The notes under the pieces were generated by a model that searched no databases, was not told the DNA's origin, and saw nothing but the letters and a program-made list of their open reading frames with translations. Of a DNA stretch of 64,000 nucleotides, positions 12,901-26,400 are shown piece by piece (position 1 is the first letter of the stretch; every line of letters begins with the position of its first letter). Position numbers and translations under genes: made by a program. The stretch is from Chara braunii (Eukaryota; Plantae; Charophyceae). The stretch spans positions 1,104,463 to 1,168,462 of the forward strand of contig BFEA01000004.1 in NCBI GenBank assembly GCA_003427395.1, read 5' to 3'.

Positions 12901-14150
12901 ATCTATAGCCCCTAAACCCCATTAAAGAACCTGGAAGCGGACCCAACACAATGGGCAGGGAATCTACAACAAGTAACCTCATGAATCAATATCAAATTCA
13001 AACTACTACGATACACAACCAGACTGGGTTATAGGTTGAGGCGCCACTCTACAAACTATGACCCAATAATAACAGAACGTTGGAAAAAACACCTTGATGT
13101 AGAAGCAGAAGCACTAGAGCCGATACCATGGAACACAATAGCGTCTATAAAACCTCCCAAATTTGGAAGCCTACAATGGTTAATCCTATACCTAGCAGTC
13201 TCACTGAGCCAATGCCTAAACGTAAGAAGAAAACAGGAGGATAAAAGTCTCATGAAAGAACTATATGTCAACTGTAGTGATGGTCAAATAAAAAACTTAT
13301 ATCACTGTTTCCTCTTGTGCCTTATAATAAAACCACTACGAACTGCCATTTTGTCAAAACGGACATCTTTTATTTTTTGAACGAAATTAAAACTGAGTTT
13401 TTTGGCTGAAAACTCGTCAAAATTTGTTGTTTCTAAGGGTCCAGCGCTTATAAAATGCTGGACCCCCTGGTTGTACATGGACCTAGCTTAAGACATGGTA
13501 CCTCCAAACAGTCCTGCCTGGAGGTGCCTGGTCTCAAGCTAGGTCCATGTACAGCCAAGGCGTCCAGCGTTTGTAAGCCGCTGCACCCTCAAGAACAACG
13601 AATTTTGACGAGTTCTCGGCAAAAAAACTCAGTTTCAATTTCGTTCAAAAAATAAAAAATGTTTATTTAAATTCGTCTACGACAAAAAGTGGCAAAGTTA
13701 TGAAATATAGTAATAGGCATAGCTGTCACGAACAACAACACACTCTTACTCCAAGGTTTCAACAACCCATAAAATTAGAGCCTACAATAATCTAACTTCT
13801 TCATAATACTTACAAAAGCTACATTATGGGTAATATGGCGGAAAATATGTCAAAACTCAACAGAAAAACAAAAAATGCACACCCAAAATACACTATGGGT
13901 AATATGGCGAAAAAGATGCCAAAAAACAACATAAAAATAAAAAATGCACACCCTGAAGCGTGGGGATTACTTCAACAACAGGTGGAAACTGAATAATGGG
14001 TCCTATGGCGTGAAGTACGCAAAATGATGAAAGAAGATGAAGACAAAGTCAAAGAACATCCATAAAAGTTCCAAAAATACTTCCAAGCAAAAGATGAAGT
14101 CACTCTGATCTGAAACTCAAGTATAGTTTTCCAATTATGAGAAGAATCCC
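9960..14150 (+). mobile_element. Degenerate non-LTR retrotransposon (L1/Tx1-type LINE ORF2, reverse transcriptase region), many stops and frameshifts
   Basis: Motifs in the expected order: GERMTKFFF, MKVGKTPGQDGL, LLYKKGDPTHIKNYRPITLL..AYKILAK, EQTYFIPDRFILDNV, ILLFDFYKAYNQVNWEF, SRSVREGDPLA, GGLGVLD, and a C-terminal HCFLLC zinc-finger-like remnant. Boundaries are approximate. Confidence 0.92.
13343..13695. mobile_element. Foldback/MITE-like element (~350 bp imperfect hairpin) inserted in the LINE
   Basis: The left arm tgccattttgtc...ttttattttttgaacgaaatt...ctcgtcaaaatt...gtacatggacctagctt pairs with the right arm aagctaggtccatgtac...aattttgacgag...aatttcgttcaaaaaataaaa...gacaaaaagtggca. 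Related sequence lies at about 26340-26660. Confidence 0.85.
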
Positions 14151-17100
14151 CATTGAAGACTCAAGTCACAAGACATCTCAGTAAACAATATCCATAAGTC
14201 CCTAGAAGCTAACATACTCTCGTACTAGTATAATACATAGACAATAAAAGGAAATGTCGAATCAGACCAGCCTCAATAAACACGACAATCCGATAGTCCA
14301 CAACTGTTGGGTATAGGCATATTTTAACTGCACAATAAAACTCAAATCTCACGAATAGCACAGATCCAAAATAGCCAAACTTAACGTAATAGATAAAACA
14401 CCCCTAAACAGGTTAATACTTGAGAGGAAAGATCGGTGGCTAGAGGATATGGGTGGCAAGTTAGCAACCCAACCAACAGGTAAACATTTTATGAAAAAGA
14501 AGTTATATCCCAAAGATTCACCAAAGGTAGTACTATAGGATGGCAGATCATAGAGAAGCATAGGTCACAAGCGAAAAACCTAAACAATTTTTCGAGGAAA
14601 TAAGAGAAATCCGACTGTTGAGAGGAATAGATCGAGCAAAGCCTAAACAGACAAACTGCAAAAGATGGCAGTGTAAAAGTTGAAAACCCAATAGAACAAG
14701 CTAACTTAGGCAATGGTAAAGGGTGGTACATCCCTCCGCAAGGAGGTAATCAATGTTGTTCTTTGGACCTCCGCACCATAAAGGGAACAAGCGTGAGCGT
14801 GTTTTTCTTGTAATCACTTCTGACTTGCCAGTGGAATAGGAATCTGATTAACGCTCATCATAATGGAAAAGGAGTCAGAACCCTAAGGCACTGTTAAAAA
14901 TAAAATAAAATCGGTGTCTGTCAAGGTAGAGGCCTCATAAGTTTAGTTAGCGCTCTACTTAGTCTTATCCATCGAGCATACAACACACAAACAACTTTTT
15001 AGTTGCCTCATGGATTTAGTCTCTTCCCTCCATCCTTCCTTTAGTCATAATCATAACTCTATCCACCTTGGATAGGCGCAATTAAATCGTGGAGGTGGGA
15101 AGAAAAAAACAGGAAGGAGAAGGGGGAAAACAAGGAAAGGGGGAGGGGAGGACGAGGAACCATACCTCATAGATATGAGAGATGTTGTGAAAACATCAAC
15201 AACGTGCGGATGTCATTTGCAATTTCAAATTCGAGATCGAAATGATTTTCAGAGTCCGCCATCATGTATATGTACACATGCAATTGCTTGCTTGGTTTCT
15301 GTCCATGAGCATAGTTGCATGTCCTTGGACCGAGGGGAAAGACTGTTACAGAGGAGTTAGTACCTTTCTTTTTTTTTTGCATTTTCTTGTCTTTTTTTTT
15401 AAATGCAAATTTGTTTTCTCTACCTTACCAGGTTTATAGGTGTCTGACTTTAAAGTAAGGCCTTTTCACTTATGGTCTTCGTCTGACCCTGACTTTCTCA
15501 CCCTCGTCATACTCAAGGACATGAGGATCAAGTGCGTATTAAGACTGTAAATTACCAGAATTTGAAAACGGTTTGAACAGGTGTTAAAGAGTACTTCACG
15601 ATTTATTAGTACGGAAAAGTTAAATCGGTCACTTGTTATAAAAAGTATATGCAACCCAAAATAAAAAAATTGACCGACTGACCTTGGACCGACAAAATAG
15701 AATAGTGACAATAGTCAAGCCAAGAGAGGAGTAAGAGAAAACTTCATCAAATGAATATAACAATAATGAAAAGAAGTCAGTGAAACAGTAAGTCCCCCCT
15801 CTTTTACAATTTTGATTTCTCCTATCTCTATCTCTACTCATTCAATTGATCATAATAAGGTAGATGCTTTCTTGTTTCCTATTATTATCCCACAAAAAAC
15901 GAAAGTGTAAAAATAAACATTATCATCATAACTGATTCAAGTCTTTTAGTGACCTCCTCTTCTGTTTATGTGTTTGTATCGAGTACCTTATTTCTTGTAA
16001 TGATATTGACTTCCTCATTCATTCAACCCAACCATTCTCAAAGCACAGTCCATCATCGTCTTTTAACTCTCATATTACTAGATTGTCTGAAAATGCCCTT
16101 ACGAAACTCATTATTAAATTTTATAGGTTCGAGGTTTTTCAAGTCCACGACGAATGTTTGAATGTATGAGGAACATATTGCTTTTGTTTGGCACTTGTTA
16201 CAAGGTTGTTGTCCTTTGATCAGACATCATCCATATCATGTTTTCCATATCAAACTTCAAATTACTATTTACTGAACAATACCTGTTTGAACTGATTTTA
16301 TCACTACCAATTGTTAACTTGTCGTACTTAGCTTGCAAATGATTTGAGTGTGTAAGTAACATGTTTCTTCCTTTCTGTTGGTCAAAGTATACACAGACTT
16401 CCAAAACCTATTTTCCTCTCTTAGTAGCAAAAAATAAGTTTTTCAACCTGCGAAACACTGGAATCTAGTTTAGGCTTAATCCTCTATCTCTCTCCAGTTC
16501 ATCCTTGGTTGAACGTGCACTCTATTATATAGTTATATTGTCACATTGTACCCGTTGTGTTATTGTTGAGAATTGATTGACTTTGCAAACTGTAAGTCTT
16601 TTCTGAAGGTCTATGAACTGCTTCATTGCGATTGAGATTCGTGTCTTTTAAAATTGTTACGAATCGTGTTTTTGTAGTACCGACTAAGTAGCCTTTTATT
16701 TTTCCATCTAAAAACTAAGAATCCAATCAAGCCTTTCTCAAATGTTTCCTCACACCTTTTGACTTTGAATAAAGTTAATCACCATCGAGCAAGTACTTAA
16801 CCATAATATAAGTGATTTTTCTAATTGGGCTCCTTAATACATAACCTATTAGTACCAATACTCAGTGGCTTGAGTTTTATGTTTACATGATAATTTTTTG
16901 AACTTAAACTATTGTTCACGGCCCCAACCTTGCAGAAAGCAAAAAAAAATACTTGTCACCAACTTCTATTTTTTTAGGGGCTTGAAGAAAACCTGGTAGT
17001 GCAATGGAAAAAGAAGCGTGTGAGCGTAAGGAAAAGGGGCAAATGGGCTGCAAGATATCCTAATGGAATTTGTAATGTATATGTTTCTACATTAACGGAT

Positions 17101-20100
17101 GCAGAACAAAAATAACACATTGTATCGCTAGTAGAGATCAAGTCAAAAGAGGAAAAAAAATACAAAATGTTTTAGGGCATTTTCACACTACCACTTTTCA
17201 CAATGTATCTCACCGTAGTTATGACGCGCCTTGAATGAATCTCAAGGCAATCAAGTTTATAACTTAGTACACTGTTTTTCTTTCTTTTTATAAGAAAGAA
17301 TAATCTCAGTTACTTTTAATGTGACTCACTGTAACGGGAAGTAATTCAATATCTACCAACCCCTCACATTTCAGGGTAGACTTACCTTAGCGCTTTCTTG
17401 AACGTCTCTCACTGCAGTTACCACTACCTTGCATGAATCTAAATTGCAACCATATTAAAAGCTTAGTATGTCGCTTTTATTTTTTTTGTTTTTAAGAAGA
17501 AAGAAAAGTTTCGACTATTTATAAGGTAACTCCCCATGAGAGGTGGGGAGTAATCGATTATCTATTAGCCCTTTTCATTTCAGGGCAATCTCACACAACA
17601 TTGTTGAGAATGTATCTAGCTGCGTTTTGAACTAGGTCTGGGGTGGCAGATGAGTGAAAAAGAGGAACGTCCACTTTCGTTCCATCCAATGGCACCAAGT
17701 TCAACACATATGGTTGTAAGGGTACCGCCTGACAAATTTTCCCTACTGCCTTTTGTAGCTTCTGGGCTCGACAAAATGCGCAGAGGGGACGTATAGGTTC
17801 GGTAAAACGCGTTTGAGTGTACTGGTAGGGTACGATATGCCTTGGTTATAAGGGGTATACACGGTGTGACTGTTGAATCCATGTTGTTGTTATTGACCCG
17901 CTCTCAACTTAAGACTAAGGTGGTGGGTGTTTTAAAAAATATTCACCAACAAAATTATAAACATATAAGAGAAGAATCTGAAATACTTCAACTTTAGTTC
18001 TCACTCAAATTTGTTTCATATCCTTTCAGAAAACCAATTCCGGCTAAAAACACTTGTTGAAAAGACGACTTATATTCGATTGCTTCGAATATTTTTCTTA
18101 TTAAAAAAGGAACTTAGGAGAATTCTCAAAATTTTCATGTCTGTCAAACTCTCAACGGATTCCTCATTCATACATTTTTTTTTATATCCCCTCTTCTCAC
18201 ACCTTCCATTGTTTGTCTTTTCGTGTATATCATTTCTCTCAAACCGTTGCTATTATAAAATGCAATTATGCAATAAATAATAAGATTGATCAATGATAAA
18301 TCTCAAAGCAAGTTTCCTGAAGTGACGTACACACTCCTAAAAAGAAGTAATCAAATCATTAAACGACATGTCGACATTGTACCCAAACACTTTCATTGTA
18401 CCTCATAGTTTTTTTTCCAAATCTCATATAAGACAGCTAACAACAATCAATATATAATCATTTTTTATCTCTCGGTTGGACGAATGAGAGTCAAAATAGC
18501 ATAGTGTTATGTCTTTCAATCGGACATTTATATGAAATCAATGTACTCGAACACAACTTTGTCCGTAAAGGTTTAGTAAGGAATAATTTTGTTTCCATTT
18601 TATGGTTTCATAATCAAAAGATTCAATTGATTTAAATCCTTAATTGATCCGCAAAACAATATTTTCTTGAAACATAAACCAAAATAAACCAATAGGACTG
18701 TGCAAGTTAAGGTGAAAGAAAAATGGTATCGAGGAGAAAAACAACTCAATAAGGAAAGGAAAACAATAATCGAAAGAGCACAAAATAAACATTTTATCTA
18801 ATATAACTAGTATCAGGCTTAGATAATACTTAAAAATTAATTCAAATCGAACAAGGGTTAATGTAAAGTGTTCAAAGTTTTATAATATGTGTTAGTTTTG
18901 TTTGATGGTTTGAATCAAACTCCAACAATTTTTGTTTAACTGCGTACAAGATCTCATTATAACCATATTGCACTTGAATAACCAACTCAATCTATTTTTT
19001 TCATAATTTTTTTCTTCTTCTGAATCCGTACAACTTCAAATAAAGAAGATGAATATTCATGTTGTTATTGTCTCTACCAACCTGACGGGTATTGTCCAGC
19101 CTCTTCATGTTTTTATGAATCAGTCTTTCCGACAATCATATGGACGTCAGTAAAATTAATACATTTTAAAAGCTTTGAAGGACCCGTCCTTGTAGAGAAA
19201 GGAGGACAATCCGGAGACCCCGCCGTAACAGATGGTTGCAGATTGAGTTTCTCGGTGGGCAAAAACAAAGACAAAGGAGGATATCGCACAAACATTTGAA
19301 ATTTGTGACTTGGTGCGCTATGAAGATTTTAAAATGGAGAAGTTGCACCCGCCGCTGAGAGTATTGTACAATGATGTGGTCGACATAGACGACTGGAATA
19401 ATCACTATGTGGAACAATTTGTTGCAGCACCAGTCCCTGTGAATGTGGATTTGCTCACTGTGCCAGAGTTCTTTATCCGTGAGGATATGTTTGACGGTCA
19501 ACCAAATTGTTACGTGCAATGCCTTCGCCGGTCTGTGTTAGGTAGAGCGTCATCCATTACTTATATAGAGTTACAGTCAAACATTGTACACTATATGAAG
19601 AGTATGGAAATCCTTGCTAATATCACTGATAACGCGTACTTTATTGATTTTTCGTCTGGTGCAAGCTTTAGTGAGGAGTACATAGCTTATGCCATTACCG
19701 CGATCCTCACAGTGACTGTTCGCATCTAGAGCGGGAGGACTCGGACTTTTGAATATCCCAACGCTACAACCATAATTAATCTTGTTTATGTGGATGGTTT
19801 CTATGTGTTGAAGTTGTTGAGCTGTTTCGAAGCGCCGCTCCCGAGTAGGAAATTTGCAGAGTTACATAAAGTGAGGCTATGAGGTGATATACCCAATAAA
19901 TGTTGAAGGAATAATTTTGGTAAGTTGAGTTTGTAGGTGGATTTTCAGCGATAAACGAAGTAAGATTTCGGAAAGTATGTAAGAAGTTCTATGTGCATCG
20001 GCAATTCAATGAAGCATTTAAAATACTTTTGTTCATCGGGGATGACTTTGGGGATTTTTTTTTTCACTTCTCAATTTTCTTCAACAATTTGAATTTCGCA

Positions 20101-21744
20101 TACCCTTGTCTTCCTTCTTTGTGTGGTGACACTGGTGAGTAATCATGGATGATCTTTAGGATCTCACAGAGTGAGCAAATTTGAAAAATTATAAACACTG
20201 ATGCTTGCATAATGAAAGTTTGAAAAGTGATGTAACATTGCACAAAAAATCCTCCAAAAGGTTCGGATCATTGTTCCCCCCCCCCTTTCTCTCTCTCTTG
20301 CTTGCCTGAACCTTATGAAGGATTGACTTGGACAATTATAAACAAGCTGCTTTCGGTCGTCCAAACGTCATGCAAGTGAATACACATTGCAAACGAAAAA
20401 TGAGAGCATTGTCGAGCAGAACACCTGCCACGATAATTCACATACAAAAGTCGTGTGTTCTATTCGAATAAAATACCTATCTATTTGAATAGAACATATG
20501 TGCATACTATTCAAATAGAACACATGTGCGTACTATTTCAATGTGCGTTCTATTTGAATTTTTGGGGGCGACTTTGATAACTTAACTTTTCCAGGGAAAT
20601 TTGACCAGTACATACGTGTGTTTTGTTCGGGGGAAAATTGTAGCTTCCAAATGTTCAGAAACGCCAATTTTCGACAATTGGGGAGAGTCGTAGTTCAACT
20701 AAAGGTAAAATATACATGACTGTCGTTAAAGGTTTTTTTTTTCCCTCATCTCTAATGAATAATTATACATGTCTCTTAATATAATAATAATAAAATAAAA
20801 ATCCAGAACAGAAAATACTAAACCCAACTTCCCTCCATCATGGTAGCAGTCGAATGATAAATAATGAGTATCTGATGTTTCATACAACCAAAATATTAAT
20901 CGACGATGATGCTCAGTTGTAATTGGGTTGAGAGGGATATCACTCTATTATTTCGATACTTGTACCCTTGATTGTTTGGTTAAACATACGTTCAGATGCC
21001 AACATGTAAATTTTTATTATCCATACAAAGTATTACAGCCTAATTCAAAACTAATCTCACGACAAAAAGAATAACTCATCAATTATTTCGGTCAACCATT
21101 GTTTATTAACTGAACCTTTGTTTTGCACTACTCGTCTGTCGCTATGTGTCTTGAATAATAATCATCATCCAACAAGCAACATGTCTAAAACCACTTCCAA
21201 AATAAGTTGTTTTCTCAGTTATATACGCATTGACTAATCAACCAGTACTTATTCAAATATAGATAATTTAACGATCACCTTGTCGTTGATTGAGTGAATC
21301 ACCGCAATTTCCCAAAGCAAACCTGGTAGTAAAGTTTTATTGCTCTTATATGATTAATTAGTCAAAACTAATTGACCTAGGTATAATGTGCATAATCCTT
21401 CGGATACCTATTATTCATATGTTAACCAGTCGCCTTATAAAAAATGATACTTGCAGACTGGTAATACATCTGTCCATTAATTTTTTTTAGTTATGCTTTA
21501 CTCACTCATCGATAGCCTGGTCGAAAATCTAGTAATTAATAATTTATAATTATTAACGACAACTCTATGCCCGTCTTTAATGAACAACACTCATAGTCGA
21601 AAATAAGCAATGCCTAAACTCTCAAAAACGTTTTGACCAAAAACAAAGCAATAAAGTCCAATTAAATTTTTTTTTGTGAAGTGCGCCACGTAACAAAGGT
21701 GTTCAAAATTGACCAATATGACTTGATAAACACTCTTGTAGTCG

Positions 21745-21832
21745 AGTTATTCAAGTCTGATCAACAAAAGAGTTGTTATTCAAGTCTGATCAACAAAAAA
21801 GTTGTTATTCAAGTCTGATCAACAAAAGAGTT
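21745..21832. repeat. 29-bp tandem repeat, three copies
   Basis: gttattcaagtctgatcaacaaaa(g/a)agtt repeated head-to-tail with no spacers. Confidence 0.92.
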
Positions 21833-22396
21833 GCAACAAACGCCCTCATAAGACACTCCCAATCGTAAGACTTACCCCAAATTGAAGTAGTTAAGATCGA
21901 TTAGCAAGATTCGTCAGGCGTGCTTATAGTTATAATGACCAAGCCTAATTAGCAGGTTCATCAAGCCGCTCATACACAGAGCAATCAAGCCTGGTAAGTG
22001 GGTTTCGTCACTGGTACTCCCGCCCAAAATGCTTTCAATCCACATGAGTCTTTATTGTACAGCACTAACTTTTAACGTGCGGGTTTGAAGGGGGGTTCTT
22101 TAGTGTGATTTTGTTATTTTCGTTTTTATCTCCAATTCGGTGAGGAATTCTGATGTGACCCTCGACCAAAAGTTGTTTGTATTACAATTTTACATAATAT
22201 TTTTTTTTCTATAATTTTTTTACTTTTTTTTTTTTTTTTTGCGTTGGGCCTGCCCGGAACCTTGCCCAGGGGGCATCCTCTATTGCCTTCTCACACGACA
22301 GCCTAGATTTTTACAACATAGTTTGTTTTAATATTTTTTAAAAATATTTTTTAAATATTAAAATTATTATAACATAAATAATTAAATATTCATGTC

Positions 22397-23478
22397 CTAG
22401 GCTACCAGCCGGGCCGCTCGGACCACTCTATTTTCCCAGGCGGCCCGACCGTGCAAGGACTAGGGAAGGTCCCAGCCAGTGTAACCGACGTTCGGGACGG
22501 GCCGAACGCCCGAACCCGAACGCCCGAACGTATGGGACCCCTTGGGGATGCGTTCGGCCGTTCATGCCGAACACGGACCCCCCCAAAAAAAAGCAAAAAA
22601 AAAAAAACAAAAACAAAAAGTCATCAAACAAATATGAAAAAAAAGATATGTTATGGAGAAAAATAAATTAAACAAGATTTGTCGGAGCATTACATCCGAA
22701 TTCCTTACCAAATTTGAAATAAAAATAAAATACGAAAAACAAATACTAATGATAAACATAAATAAAAATAAAAGAGAATTAAATTTAGTGAGTGCGCGAG
22801 CATGTTTTCGACACCGCCATCTTTGGCGATTTTTCATTTTTTTTTTTGGTTAGCTCAATGATCTGAAAATTTACAGATGTGTACTTCACATAATACAAAA
22901 CCCACTAAAAAAGTTTCAAAAAACAATAAAATTGTTTACACCCCGAACTAAAGTGAAAACAAAAAGTAAAAAGTGAAAAAATACTTGGGCGAGCACGTTT
23001 TGACACCGCCATATTTGGCAATTTTTAATTCTTATTTGGTTTAGCCAAATGACTTCAAAATTTACAGACATGTACCTTACGTCATAGAGAACTCACAAAA
23101 AAAGACTTAGAAAAAAATAATTATTTTTAGGCCACGAAATAAGTTTTTGGCGGGGGCCGAACGCCGTCGGGTTCGGACCCGGTACGGGACCCCAAACGCC
23201 CGTACGTACGGAGGTCTGCCCGGGGACGTACGGGCTGGTGACCCTGGTCCCAGCCAAAAAAGGGTAAAGCAAATAAAAAATCCAAAATATCCAAAAAAAA
23301 AACTATGTTATGCACAAAACTAAACTGGACAACTTTTGCCTCAGGGTCACATCGGAATTTTTTACCGAATTTAAAATAACAAAATTAAATTAAAAAATAA
23401 ATTTATTTTTTTATTTTTTATTTTTATTTCTTCTTGGCCCGACTAGGCAACTGGCCCCTGGCCACTCTGGTAGCCTAG
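22397..23478. mobile_element. Non-autonomous hAT-like element (outer)
   Basis: TIRs CTAGGCTACCAG / CTGGTAGCCTAG. Flanking 8-mers ttcatgtc (22389-22396) and ttcacgtc (23479-23486) match at 7 of 8 positions. Confidence 0.75.
22477..23246. mobile_element. Non-autonomous hAT element (inner, nested)
   Basis: Termini CAGTGTAACC / GGTGACCCTG, a perfect 8-bp TSD gtcccagc (22469-22476 and 23247-23254), and subterminal ccgaac/gttcgg repeats. Confidence 0.88.
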
Positions 23479-26400
23479 TTCACGTCCTAAAAGAATATTT
23501 ATATTATCGTTTTTATTTTTTTCTTAAATTTGGTGGTGAATTTCGACATAACTAGACAAAAGTTGTATCGCAATGCAGTAAACCTCTTTTATTTTTTTAT
23601 ATCCAAAATATTTAAAAAATTTTAATATAACGTACGTACACGTATTCAAATACAACGTACGTATGCTATATTCGACTTTATATTATATTCGAGGAAAAAC
23701 ATAAACGATCAAAAATTTTCACTCCTTCATTTGATCAAGAAAAATCACTGAAGTTTGAGTACTACTTTTGTTAACCCACACATGGTAGAGTGGCAAAAAT
23801 GGAAATGCGTTAATTTGACACGACAATTATTTCATTATGAAGTTTATTTTTTAGTTTTTTTTTATGTTTTTCTTATGAATATCACAACAAAGTCAATAAT
23901 TTCAAAATTTTCAAAAAAACATTAAGCCATTTTTATGAACGAGGAAAATCATCAAAGTTACCATCCTTCTTCAATTATCCAATGCATGGTAGAGTGTCAA
24001 GAATATAAATGTGTTGAATCTGTATGAAGATTACATCACAGGCAAAATTATGTTTTTATATTTTCCTTATATTTTCATTGGACATATGACGACCTCATTT
24101 TTAATTTAAAAAAAATGTATGCTTATGATACTATTGTCTGAAGAAGAAAAACAATGTGCATACATACTTTTCAATTCGAGTGACTACATTTTTTTTCGTG
24201 AATCTTTCAAAAAAAAAAGCAAAATAAAATAAAAAATAATGTTGACAGTTAATTAATGGCTGCAGTGATTCGGCATATTTTTATTTTTGCCACTCTGGGA
24301 CCAACGTCAAGCCTCATATAGACCTACCGGTAGGCCACGTGCCTATTTGAAAAAACGACCTACCTGACGCCCGAATTTCTAAAGGCAAGTAAAAACATGG
24401 TTTAAGTGCATATCATTGAGGTAGACAATGGATTATGCGTGCAATGGGGTTGGGACAGAAGATGCAAGGGGACGTAAATAATGTAATTGACTCTTATATG
24501 CGCAAAATAGTGAAAGCGAGTTAGTTATGAAGGGGAGACGTAAGAAGATCAAGGTGATTTATGCGAGATCGGGCGTAACGCTCGGGTGCCCGACCGGGCA
24601 TGAAAAACTTCCTACGTAGAAATTGCAATACAAACCACTTTTGTCTGAGGGTCTTGGCAAAATTCCTAATCAAATTCGAGAAAATGGCAATTGTACCATA
24701 AACTCCTGCAAAGTTGTGCCCCAACACTCGTTGTAAAACAAACGCACACTATATTCAAATACAGCGTACCCCGTACGTACGTTTTTTTCGGGTTAAGACA
24801 AATACTCACCAGATGCGCAAAAGACAAAAAATATAGTGGTGTATCTACCCGGGTTATAGCAGAAAATTAATTATCATCGTTCCATAGCTAATACAAATGG
24901 CAATGGATTCGAACGTTTATATAGCATCTCCCGGTACTCATCATAAAAATATGATGGTGTATAGTCTCATGTTCTATAAGCGGAATCATTCTTATCATTT
25001 GGTGAGCATTGGAGCACCGCCTAGACAAAAAAACGAACGAATGCATAGATACAGAGAACTGCAAGATGCATCTCTTACTATGAATAGTAACGGATGCATC
25101 TCACCATTGCATTCATTTTTTTTTTTCTCGCTTTGACGGTGTTGTCCACGTGGGCTTCGCAAATTTTTTTTTTTGAAACGACCCCTTACAATATATTTCC
25201 CGCCTCCCGTTTTGGTCCCCATTGCATTGCAGCGCATGTCCTTTTGGGTTTTCTAATTATAGTTTTACAACGGGATCATTGTAAACGGATACAATGACGA
25301 GACTATACACGTAGAAGATTTGGCCCAAGACGAGAGAGAGAGGACTTGGTCTCTGTGCACCAGTGTTATTACTAACTTACTCGACAATAATCCCTGTGTG
25401 CCCTACCTCTTTTTAAGTTTCTCACCAATAACCAGGAAAAGTTATTAGATTCCTTTCCAGTATGGCTACGGCCAAGGAAAGAAGGTGACCTCAAACACTT
25501 CTCCTTCAAAACTCAAGAATTGAGGGATCAGTACCTCTCTAAAAATGGTACGGGTACTAGCCTTAAGGTTCGGACTCACTATGACAGGGCTAGAGGTATG
25601 ATAGAGAGAAAGACCTACCGCGACTATGCAGAAGAGTGGGCTGAGAATCCAAGGGTAGCCATAGCCATTAGGGAAGAATGAACAGGAGATACATTTGTAC
25701 ATAAATACCCACTTGTTACGATTGATAAGTAGATCATACATGACGAGTTCAAACACACTTATGTCCTGGCCGAACGGGGGGAATAAATAGTTATTGGCAC
25801 CAAATGAGGACAGTAAAGTTAACAAATAGAGACCTGGCGGGGTGTGGCACGCAAGAAATAAAATATTAAAACCGTGGAGAAAGAAAGAGGGAGTACAAAG
25901 GGAGAAAAAATGGATGAGAGCGCATAAAATGTAAGGAGGCAGGTCAAACCACTTAGGACGTACCCCACCAAAGCTCAGGGAGACGGAGTTGCAAATTAAA
26001 CCACCCCTCCTCCGGGCTTCGAAAATTGCCCTCCCTGTGAGTTAGGGCGTTTTTTTTTCGGGGCGTTAAACCACCCCTCCCTGGGAACCTGTGGTAACCA
26101 GCGGACCTGTTCCCGCAAATTTGAAGCGGCAACTCTGACGATTTTTCGTGTCTTCATAAAAAATTCTAAAAATTTGAGGGCCAATAAATTAGGTCGCGAT
26201 CTTTCAAGCAAAACAAACATGAGTGAGAAGAAGGGAGAGATTGGGCCAAGAACGAGGGGAGACTCAGATCAAATGGTCACGAAGGAGTATAGTTGCTCTG
26301 TCTTAGACGAAAAGGGCACAAAACAACAAGTCAAAATGAACGCATTTTATTTTTTGAATGAAATTGAAGCCTCATAAATTGACCTGATTCAGATAGAAAC

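Noticed and set aside
19140-19300. SMC-like N-terminus (HFKSFEGPV)
   Set aside because: No Walker A motif follows, so this is likely chance.
21745-21832. 29-bp repeats as a CRISPR array
   Set aside because: Head-to-tail with no spacers, no cas genes, and a eukaryotic context.
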